Shown here in pieces: positions 36,901 through 47,134 of a stretch of DNA of 64,000 nucleotides; position 1 is the stretch's first letter, and every line of letters starts with the position of its first letter. A program made the position numbers and the translations under genes. Below the pieces are notes generated by a model, which saw nothing but the letters and a program-made list of their open reading frames with translations, did not search any database and was not told where the DNA came from. Source of the stretch: Mobula hypostoma (Eukaryota); assembly GCF_963921235.1 (NCBI RefSeq), contig NC_086097.1, positions 104,162,001 to 104,226,000 of the forward strand. Reading direction: 5' to 3'.

Positions 36901-37806
36901 TGGCCAGAGGCAGTCCCGCTCAGCGACACCACCTCCGAATCCTGCGCCCGAGCACTGATCGCAACCTGGGTAGCACGCTTTGGAGTACCGGCCCACATTA
37001 CCTCCGACAGGGGCGCCCAGTTCACCTCCAGCCTGTGGTCGGCTATGGCCAGACTTTTAGGAACACAGTTACGCCACACAACTGCCTACCACCCACAGTC
37101 GAACGGACTAGTGGAGCGCTTCCACTGTCACCTGAAATCGGCTCTCATGGCCCGCCTGGAGGGGCCTAACTGGGTGGACGAACTTCCCTGGGTCCTGCTC
37201 GGAATCCGCACGGCGCCCAAAGAGGATCTACACACCTCGTCGGCAGAGTTGGTGTACGGCGCGCCCCTGGTTGTCCCAGGAGAGTTCATACCAGCCCCAA
37301 GGGGGCAAGAGGAAGAGCCCACAGCAGTCCTGAACAGACTATGGGAGAGGCTCGGTAACCTGGCCCCCATACCCACTTCACAGCACGGACAGAGCCCGAC
37401 CTGCGTACCCAAAGACCTGCAGAACTGTAAGTTTCTTTTTGTACGACGGGGCGGACACCGGGCACCGCTGCAGCGGCCCTACGAGGGACCGTTTAAGGTG
37501 ATCAGCAACAACAGGTCCACGTTTGTGCTGGACATTGGGGGGAGAGAGGAGGTTTTCACGGTGGACCGACTCAAACTGGCCCATGTGGACTTGGCGCAAC
37601 CGGTCCAGGCTCAGGCATTGCGGCGCAGGGGCAGACCTCCCAAACAGAGGCCGATCCAGACTGTGGACATTGGGGGAGGTATCGCCGGTTCTGGGGGGGG
37701 GGGGTTATGTGGCGACCCACTTTCTGACACCCACGAACCGGCTGACGAAACAGCACGCGTAGGCAGAGGGCCGGCAGCAAAAAGGGCGGGAACGGGAAGG
37801 CTTTAA
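33938..37806 (+). pseudogene. Gag-Pol polyprotein with one in-frame stop (34352-34354) and one frameshift (G-run near 35305)
   Basis: Gag LPSFW..P.LWFEQAEAQF; CHCC knuckle CFYHQRWGTEACRCRPPC; protease LVDTGA; RT YLDD; RNase H TVDAS; integrase H..H..C..C, HVDIVGP, SDRG, VERFH and GPF module. Confidence 0.95.
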
Positions 37807-37902
37807 AGCGGGCCGCGAAGTTTGAATAAACCTCTTTCATCGCAACTCCAACTCACCGACTCCGTGTGGTTATTCTAGCGCTGTGTGTAGCACATCGCTA
37901 CA
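37708..37902 (+). repeat. 3' LTR (195 bp)
   Basis: Differs from the 5' LTR by two transitions and one G indel; preceded by a G-run PPT. Confidence 0.97.
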
Positions 37903-38317
37903 ATCTCATCATTTCACATTCTGCAGTGTCTCACATCTGCATGTTTCAAGGCATCAAGGACTCTATAAATCATGGATTAGAGGGGTATTTGCTATAAGGA
38001 GTGGTTAGTCAAACTTGGGTCGCTTTTGCTGGAGAGGCAGAGGCTGAGGGGAAGACCTGATCAAGGTTTAAGATTATGAGGGGCATAAATAGAGCAGACA
38101 GCCTGAATCTTTTTCCAAGTCTAAATATCTAATACAACAGGCCATGAAATTAAGATGAAAGATGGTAAATTCAAAGGAGGTGTGCAGTGTAAGTATTTTT
38201 TTTATACAATGAGTTCATTGAATGTACTGCCAGAGTGGTAGTGGTTGCAAATGCAATAGAAGCATTTAAGAGGCTCTTGCATAGTCACATGAACGTGCAG
38301 AGAATGGAGGAATATGG

Positions 38318-39153
38318 ATAAATACTTTATTGATCCCAAACGAAATTACAGTGCCACAGTAGCATTACAAGTTCACAAATCTACAAATATTAGGAGGGAA
38401 GTAGAAAGAATAAAAATAAGTTACCACAAACAGGAGGGGGTCATTACTTACCTGGCTATAGGTTGACTCATTATAGAACCTATTGGCCGAGGGTAAGAAT
38501 GACTTCATGGAGTGCTCTTTGGAGCTGCGCAGTTTTCTTAGTCTATTACTAAAAATGCTCTTCTGTTCAGCCAAGGTGGCACACAGAGGGTGAGGCAGAA
38601 ACATTGCCCAGATTTGACAAGATTTTCCATCTTTGTTCTACCACAGCCTCCAGTGCGTCCAGTTTGACTCCTATAAAAGAACCAGCCTTTCTAATCAGTT
38701 TATTGAGCCTGCTTGTATCACCCGAGTTGATGCCATTTCCCCAGCACACCACCACATAAAAGATTGTATTGGCGACAACAGACTGATAGAACGTGTGAAG
38801 GAGAGGCCTGCATACTCCAAAGACCTCAGTCCCCTCAAGAAGTAGAGGTGACTCTGGCTCTTCTTGTACACAGCCTCTGTGTTGGTCCTCCACTCAAGTC
38901 TGCCATCCAGGTGCACCCCCAGGTACTTGTAAGCCCTCACTGCACCTACATCCTCACCATCAATAGTAACAGGGAGCAGTGCAGGCTTAGTCCTCCTAAA
39001 GTCCATCACCATCTCTTTTGTCTTACTGATGTTGAGCTGCAGATGATTCAGCTTGCACCATTTGACAAAGTCTTCCACCAGGGGCCTGTATTCATCCTCC
39101 TGTCCTCCCTTTACACACCCAACTATTGCTGAGCCATCAGAGAATTTCTGCAG
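38318..39153 (-). mobile_element. Rex1/Babar-type LINE 3' part inserted in a CR1 3' end (37970-39270)
   Basis: FVKWCKLNHLQLNISKTKEMVMDFRR...YKYLGVHLD peptide. Confidence 0.88.
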
Positions 39154-40164
39154 AAATTGTGCAGGCAGAATGGATTAGTGTAGTTCGGTATTTAATTACT
39201 GGTTCAATTATTTTGGCACAGCATTCTGGGCCAAAGACCTAGTTCCTATGCTGTACTGATTTATGTACGTTTCTCTTAACTCTGTTTTGGAATCCCACAA
39301 ATAAGTTTATCAAACAGTTTTGGTCACAGTCATCCGTCCCTTCTCATTCTTGACTTCTCTGCAGCCTCGGAAACCACTCGTCTCCGGTACTGATTCCCTC
39401 AAGCATGTACATGGATTGCATTTGTTTGGTTTCATTATACACTGTCCCTTTGAGCCAGAGAAGTGTATGTACTGTGGTCGATGAAATTCCCAAGAATGAA
39501 TTGGTCTCTTTATCACAGCGGCATTGCTGCCTCTTGCCATTATTAAGACTGTGTCAATCTCCGTACGTTAAGGGATGGCACCCAACTCTTCCTCTACATC
39601 CACTGGCATCTCCATTTGTCTGGTGCTTTGATTATTTGTTTGTCCACGGGTTGAGCTGGGTTGTAATTTAATATTGGTAATATTGAAGCTTTTGTCATGG
39701 ATCTGCTATGTGAATTATGTTTGGTTATCAATGGAAGCACGCCACTGCAATTGTCTGAGACTGAACCAGCCTCTTTGTAACTTTTATTCATGCTAATCTA
39801 TCTATGCTATCCATGCTACAACAGATCCACAGTAGATTCAATCTCACTGGCTCTCCATTTGATCTTGGATCACCTGGACAGTAGCAATACCTACGTCAAG
39901 CTGCTGTTTCCGTCTCCAACTAGATCCTTGACTTCCTCATCAGAAGTCCACAATCTGTCTGGATCAGAAGTAATATCTGCTACTCTCTTGAGGCAAATTA
40001 AGGTGGATTCCCCAAAACCTGATAAGGCATCCCTTGGACCTTGTGGGAGGCTGGTACAGAAATTGCTGGGCTGTCAGAGAACTGGAGGATAGCTAATGTA
40101 AATGATAGGCCGGTGAACCTGACATCAATGGTAAGTGATTGGAAGGCACTGTATTCTAATGGAC

Positions 40165-40345
40165 CATTTATCTATGTGCCACCAGTTACCCACCAATTTA
40201 ACCCTTGCTGCACACGGGACTATTTGCTTTGACCAGTTAACCTTTACCCGGTATGTGTTTGGACTGTAAGAGGAAACTGGAGCACCCAACCGTTTACATG
40301 GAAGACATGCAAACTCCTTGCAGATAACATCAGAGTTGAGCTGCA
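40165..40345 (-). mobile_element. V-SINE-like remnant
   Basis: Minus strand GGAGTTTGCATGTCTTCC...GGGTGCTCCAGTTTCCTCTTACAGTCCAAACAC resembles the conserved V-SINE central domain. Confidence 0.65.
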
Positions 40346-41216
40346 AATTTTGACTTTCTTTGCTCCTGCCAGATTTATAAATTCACTATCTGCTCTATAT
40401 TGACAAATACTAAAGCTGTAGGCACCTTAGCTGTATATGTATGCTTAAGACTTTTGCACAGTGCTGTAAGTTGTGAAATTTCTTCTTTTGTAGCAGCAGT
40501 ACATGCAATATATAAAAAATACTATAACAATCAGAAATAAGTAAATGAATGCAAAAAGAGCAAAAAATCTGAGGTAGTGTTTGTGGGCTTTAAAGAAATC
40601 ATTGAATCAAGTTTGCTGTTGTGTCACTACTCAACCAGCTGATGTATCTCACTCCCATACACCTTATTACCATCTGAGATTCTGCCGACAACAGTGGTGT
40701 TATTGGCAGATTTTTAGATAGTGGTTTGAGCTATGCCTAGCCACACAGTCATGAGTGCAGAGAGAGAAAAGCAATGGCCTAAGCATGCATACTTTGTCAG
40801 TGAGTATTCATAGTCAAATAGTCATACAATATTATAGCATAGAATTAGGCCTTTCAATCTATCTAGTCCATGCCAAATTATTATTTTGTCTTGTCCCATT
40901 GACCTGAACCTGGACCATAGCTCTTCTTTACCCCTTCCATCCATGTACGTATCCAAGTTCCACTTAAATGTTGAAATTGAACCCACATCTGCAATTTCTG
41001 CTGGCAGCTCAATCATACTCTCACCACCTTGAGTGAAGATCCTCCTCGTGGTCTCCTTAAACATTTCATCTTTCACCCTCATCACATGACCTCCAGTTCT
41101 AGCTCACCCAACCTCAGGAAAAAATAACTTCGTATACTTCTATCAAATCTTTCCTCTTCCTCTGGTATCGAAGGTAATAAAGTCCGAATCTATTCAACAT
41201 TTGCTGATAACTCAGG

Positions 41217-41886
41217 AGTAAAGTACTAACTGGGAGGAGAAGATGGCAGTGTGACACAGCTTGCAGTGGCCACTCTGGTGAATGATATCTGTTATTTGTC
41301 AAGTAGGGTGCCGTGCACAATCCTGATTTGATGGAGACAGACATGAGAACACGGAGGAACATCTGTGAAGCTTCTGAAATGCCTGCTTCGCTGCCGCTGT
41401 TACTGTGTGATCCAGAATCTCCGGAGGGGAAGGCCCCGAGTCCCCGGTTTTGCTTGTGGCTCGGTGGCCGGGGCGGGGTTGAAGCGCTCGGCAGAGGTGG
41501 TGCTCGGTGTCAGGGAGCTGGTCGGAGGCTCTAAGTTTTCAGACAGACTCAGAGTCGGCTGCGGTCGGGTGCTTCCAATGCATCGGCAAATTTGCGGTGC
41601 ATGGAGGCAGGGAGAGTTTCTCCCTTCTACCGTCTGCGTGAGATGATGGGGCTATCGGGACTTGAGACTTTTTTTACCGTGCCCATAGCCTGCTCTTTAT
41701 CAAATTAGGGTATTGCTTTGCACTGTTGTAACTATATGTTATAATTATGTGGTTTTCTCAGTTTTAGTCTTGGTTTGTCCTGTGTTTCTGTGATATCTTT
41801 TTGGAGCAATATTGTATCATTTTTTAATGCATGCATTTCTAAATGACAATAAACGAGGACTGAGTGTCCTCATAATCTAATCTAAT
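41217..41886 (+). mobile_element. Non-coding non-autonomous retroelement, copy 2
   Basis: Colinear with 26109-26789; (TAATC)n tail. Confidence 0.8.
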
Positions 41887-41952
41887 CCAACCTATTAAAT
41901 TTTTCTTTGTAACTCTAGTCCTCCAGACTTGGCAACATTCCTTATAAACTTC

Positions 41953-42056
41953 AACAAACAACAGGAATTCTGCAGATGCTGGAAATTCAAGCAACACACA
42001 TAAAAGTTGCTGGTGAACGCAGCAGGCCAGGCAGCATCTCTAGGAAGAGGTGCAGT
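41953..42056 (-). mobile_element. PLE terminal fragment truncated at the hammerhead
   Basis: Same AACAACAGGAATTCTGCAGATGCTGG... terminus as at 10072 and 46579. Confidence 0.85.
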
Positions 42057-42694
42057 TTGTACTTTCTCTGTACTCTTTCAACTTTATTTACATCTTTCCT
42101 GTAGACCAAACCTGAACACAATACTCCAAATTAAGCCGCACCATCATATACAACTTGAACATAACATCTTATCTCCTGTATTTATCACTTTGATTTATGA
42201 AGGCCAACGTGCCAAAAGCTTTCTTTACGACCCTATCTACCTGTGACACTACTTTCAATGAATTATGGACCTGTATTCCCAGATCCCTTTGTTCTAACAC
42301 ATTCATCAGTGCCTTGCCATTCACTGTAAAAGGCCTACCCTGAATGGTCCTACCAAAGTGCAACACCTTTCACTTGTCTGCATTAAATTCCTTCTGCCAT
42401 TTTTCCAGCTCATCCACATCCCTCTGCAAACCATGATTGTCTTCCTCATTGTCCAGCATACCCCCCAATCTCGTTGTCATCCACAGATTTGCTGATCCAG
42501 TTAACACATTATCATCCAGATCATTGCTATAGGTGACAAACAACAATGGGCCCAGCACCGATTCCTGCGGCACTCCACTAGTCGCAGGTCTCCAGTAAGA
42601 GATGCACCCATCTACTGCCACTCTCTGGCTTCTTCCACAAAGCCATTGCCTAATCCAATTTGCAAACTCTCTCTCTGCTCCGCGTTGACAAATA

Positions 42695-42761
42695 CAGTAC
42701 TGCGCTAAAGTCTTGGGCACTCTAGCTATATATATGTGCCTAAGACTTTAGCACAGTATTG
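42695..42761. mobile_element. 67-bp Tc1-type hairpin MITE embedded in a Rex1 3' UTR fragment
   Basis: TA|CAGTACTGCGCTAAAGTCTTGGGCAC ... GTGCCTAAGACTTTAGCACAGTATTG inverted repeat. Confidence 0.75.
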
Positions 42762-43945
42762 CAAGTTGTGAAATTTGTTCTTTTGTAGCAGCAGTACAGT
42801 GCAATATATAAAAAATACTATAAGTAACAATCAGAAAGAAATAAATGAGTGACTGAATGCCGAGCAACTGAACCTTCTTGACCAACCTCCCATGTAGGAC
42901 CTTGTCAAATGCCTTGCTAAAGTCTATGTAGACAACATCCACTGCCTCGCCTTCATCCACTTTCCTGGTAATTTCCTCAAAAAATTCTATAAGATTAATT
43001 TGACATGACTTGCCACACACAAAGCCATGCTGAGTATCCTTAATCAGTCCATGACCATCCAAATACTTGTATATCCAGTCCCTTAGAATACCTTCCAATA
43101 ACTTTCCCACCACTGACTCACAGTCAGGCTCACTGGCCTATAGTTTCCAGGTTTGTGTTAAGAGCCTTTCTTAAACAGCAGAACATTATTGGCTATCCTC
43201 CATTTCTCCAATACCTCTCCTGTCTCTAAGGATGATTTAAATACCTCTGCTAGGGCCCCAGCAATTTCCAGTAGGGACTGAGGGGACACCTTGTCGTCCC
43301 TGGGGATTTATCCACCTTGACTTCTCTCAGGACAGCAAACACTTCCTCTGTGTAGTGTCCATGAAGTGGATGCCACTTTGCCTCATTTCTGTAGTCTCTG
43401 TGTCCATTTCCTGAGTAAATACAAATGCAAGAAAATTACTTAAGATCTCTCTCATCTCTTTTGGCTCCACACCTGGGTTACCATTGTGATCTACCAGAGG
43501 AACAATTTTGTCTCTTGCGATCCTTTTGCTCTTAATATATCCGTAGAATTCCTTAGGATTCTATTTTACCTTCTCTAAGTGTTCTCTTGCATTTCTTGTA
43601 CTCTTTAAGCACCTCATTTGTTCCTACTTGCCTATACCTGTTATGCACCTCCTTTTCTTTTTAACCAGGGCCTCAATATCTCTTGAAAAACAAGATTCCC
43701 TACACTTGTTTTCTTTACCTTTTATTCTGACAGACACATACAAGCTTTGTACTCTCAAAATTTCACTTTTTAAGGCCTCCCACTTTACCAAAACACCTTT
43801 GCCAGCAAACAGCCTAAAACAATCCATGCTTGCCAGATCATTTCTGATACCATCAAAATTGAGAATCCAATTCTAATTTAGAATCCAACCCACAGACCAG
43901 ACCTATCTTTTTGCATATTTACTTTGAAACTAATGCCATTGTGAT

Positions 43946-44469
43946 ACCTCTTTAGCATCACAACCTGGTACTCCAGCTGCAGTGCTGTCGACAAAAAAGC
44001 CTTGCAGAGGGTGGTTAGGGGAGAAGAGAAGGTTATTGGGGTCTCCCTACCTTCTGTCCAAGACCTCTTTGGGAGTTGATGCCTCCCGAAGACACGGTAC
44101 ATCATTAAAGACCCCTCACACCCTCGCCCTGAACTGTTTGTTCTTCTGCCATCAGGCAAACGTTACAGGAGCATTAAAACTAAAACCACTAGGTTACTAA
44201 ACAGCTTCCTCCCACAGGCAGTCAGCTGCTAAATAGCTGCTCTACCTGACTCTGCTTTGGACACTTTTAATTTGCTCTGGACAATTATAACTTGATTTTA
44301 ACTGACATGTGGCTGTTGTGTTTTACTATTTATTGTTATGTTTATTATTTAGTGTTGCGTTTGTTATGTTATGATTGCACTGCTCCTGGGAAACGCTGTC
44401 TCGTTCTGCCCTGCAGAGCTGATATATGGTTAGAATGACAATAAAAGTTTTTTGATTCTTGAATCTTGA
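43946..44469 (+). mobile_element. Rex1-type LINE 3' end
   Basis: (TCTTGAA)n tail; 8-bp TSD ATTGTGAT; HP...LLPSGKRYRSIKTKTTRLLNSF peptide. Confidence 0.85.
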
Positions 44470-46094
44470 ATTGTGATCACTTGCTTAAAAGTGTTCCCTT
44501 CCACAAACTTATGTCACCTGCCCTGTCTCATTCCCCAACAGTGGATCAAATGTCACAGACTTTGTCATTGGAACTTCAAAGTACTGATTAAGAACACATT
44601 TGACAAACTCTATCCCATCTAGTCCTTTTACAGTATGGAAGTCTCAGTCAATGTGTAGAAAGTTAAAATCACCTACCATAACAACCTATGTTTCTTGCAA
44701 CAGATCTGTTGGCTTTGAGGCCTCAAGGCTGCAGGTTACAGATTATAAACTGCACCCCCAGCATTTCATGTGTGAAGTTGGGGAATAGCAGCAATTACAG
44801 AATTTTGGAATTCCACTCTGGAAACTGCAGTTGATACTTTGACAATTAAATTTATCCACCTGAGACTTAAGATGTTTCTAACCAAAGCAATTAATTAGAA
44901 GTAGCAGTTGTATGGAGAAGGTAACAATATGCACTCCTGGAATGCGGCAACAGGTGTGCATTGCTGAACAACCTGTTCGGTTGAAGATGCCATAGATTGC
45001 AGATACTATCTGTGTGAAGAACTAGTGACACCTGTGGAGGGAAATGAATTGTAGACATCTGAAGTTGAAAGGTCCTGATAGAATTCCATCCAAAACCTTG
45101 TTGTGTCATTTTTTTCTCCAAGATGCTGCTTGATCTACTGAGTTCCTCCAGATTGTTTGACCCCTCTTCCTTTGTCCCCAGTTCAGCTCAACATTGTTGC
45201 TTCTCCGATCCTTTGTTGTTCTCCTTTAGGTTACATTGCATTGAACAGATGTGTATACTCCCTTTCATTGTAGGTTTCATTTTGTTCAGTGCTGACCACC
45301 CCTGTTTGGAGATTTATGATTAGCCTTCAACTGCCTTAGCTCATTTGTCATGTGGCACTTGCTGTGCTTGCCTGATTTGAACCGCCGATAACTTGTTTAT
45401 GCAGGTTTGAAGTGGGATTTTATTTGTATTTTGCTCAAAGCTTATGACAAATACTGAAGCAATCAGTTTTGCAGTAGTCAGGGGAGTGGGAAGAAACTTC
45501 TTGTCAAAGATCTTTCAGAATAAAGAAATAACATCTGTACCATAAGGAGTGAACAGCTTGCATTTCTGTTTCTTACAGCTTTAAAATATTTCAATATTTA
45601 GTGCATTGTAATATAAGAAGTGTAATTCTAATAGTTTAATTAGAATTAAGTCTGTTCCATTTAATACATAATGCAAATAAATTCAAGATTGTCAGGCATT
45701 TGACACTTTTTAAATCTTAGTTAACGAGAAAGATTAAATGAGTTGTGAAGAAAATGTGCTGCTTTAGATCAAAAATATTGCAAGTAAAGTTTGGATTGGA
45801 AGATAACAAATGAAACAATCTGTTAAATTAATGTATTTCAGTTTTTTTTAAGTTTGAAGTTTTTGAAGAGGTGACCGAAAGTGCTTCTGAGGGCAGCCTG
45901 ATAAATGTGGTCTATGTGGACTTCAGCACGGCCTTTGACAAGTTACCACGTAATAGGCTGGTCCGGAAGGTTAGATCACATGGAATTCAGGACAAGATAG
46001 GCAATTGGATACAAAATTGACTCAATGATAGGAGACAGAGGGTGGTGGTAGATGCTTGTTTTTCAGAATGAAGTCCTGTGACCAGTGTCATGCT

Positions 46095-46295
46095 CAAACA
46101 AGAGAAAATCTGCAGCTGCTGGAAATCCAAGTAACACACACAAAACGCTGGAGAAACTCAGCAGGCTAGGCAGCACCTATCGAAAAGAGTAAAGTCAATG
46201 TTTCGGACTGAAGGGTCTTGGTCTGGAATGTCGACTTTACTCTTTTCTATAAATGCTACCTGGCCTGCAGAGTTCCTCCAGCATTTTGTGTGTGT
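46095..46295. mobile_element. 201-bp palindromic PLE-derived element (second PLE subfamily)
   Basis: 16-bp TSD TGACCAGTGTCATGCT (46079-46094, 46296-46311); arms are imperfect inverted copies. Confidence 0.88.
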
Positions 46296-46578
46296 TGACC
46301 AGTGTCATGCTGTTGGATTTGGCACTGGGTCCAATACTATTCATCTATATCAGCAATTTGGATGAGAATGCAGATGGCATGGTCAGTAAATTTGTAGATG
46401 ACGCTAAAATTGGTGGTGTCCTGAATGTTGAAGAAGGTAATCTTGATTAACTGTGGAATTGTTAACTGTAGAGAATCAAACTTTAGAGTTTAATTCAGGT
46501 AAATGTGAGATGTTGCATTTTGGTAAGACAGACCAAAGGATTGGTTAGTAGATGGTAGCAAGGGATGCAGGTATGTAA

Positions 46579-47004
46579 ACAACAGGAATTCTGCAGATGC
46601 TGGAAATTCAAGCAACACACATCAAAATTGCTGGTGAACGCAGCAGGCCAGGCAGCATCTCTAGGAAGAGGTACAGTCGACGTTTCAGGCCGAGACCCTT
46701 CGTCAGGACTAACTGAAGGAAGAGTTAGTAAGAGATTTGAATGTGGGAGGGGGCGGGGGAGATCCAAAATGATAGGAGAAGACAGGAGGGGGAGGGATGG
46801 AGCCAAGAGCTGGACAGGTGATTGGCAAAGGGGATATGAGAGGATCATGGGACAGGAGGTCTGGGGAGAAAGACGGGGGTGGGGGGGAACCCAGAGGATG
46901 GGCAAGGGGTATAGTCAGAGGGACAGAGGGAGAAAAAGGAGAGTGAGAGAAAGAATGTGTGTATAAAAATAAATAATGGATGGGATACGAGGGGGAAGTG
47001 GGGC
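46579..47004 (-). mobile_element. PLE terminal repeat (about 430 bp)
   Basis: Nearly identical to 8279-8680; GGTATGTAA on both flanks. Confidence 0.88.
46675..46710 (-). ncRNA. Minimal type I hammerhead ribozyme motif
   Basis: Identical to 8343-8378: AGTC-CTGACGA-AGG gtctcgg CCT-GAAA-CGTC-GACT. Confidence 0.8.
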
Positions 47005-47134
47005 GGTATGTAATTGGTTGAAAGTGGTGACACGTGCATGGTGATGAAGCATTTGGTGTGCTTACCTTCCTCATTCAAGATATTGAGTAAGGTGTTAGGA
47101 CATGATTTTACAGTTGTATAAGACATTGGTATTA

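Larger units (their letters stand above)
33702..37902 (+). mobile_element. Full-length Ty3/Gypsy LTR retrotransposon (CsRN1-like lineage)
   Basis: Two TG...CA LTRs, 4-bp TSD ATCT, PBS, G-rich PPT, domain order gag-PR-RT-RH-IN. Confidence 0.98.
40815..44710 (-). mobile_element. Degenerate CR1 LINE with several nested insertions
   Basis: RT pieces at 42169-42660 and 42850-43113; endonuclease remnants near 44500-44700. Confidence 0.85.
45850..47130 (+). mobile_element. Degenerate CR1 RT region carrying two PLE insertions
   Basis: VVYVDFSTAFDKLP and SKFVDDAKIGG remnants. Confidence 0.75.

Noticed and set aside
8279..47004. Recurrent palindromic repeats as a CRISPR array or prokaryotic retron/DGR system
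   Set aside because: The repeats are dispersed, lack regular spacers and carry TSDs. All RTs seen are eukaryotic CR1, Rex1, RTE, PLE or Gypsy types.
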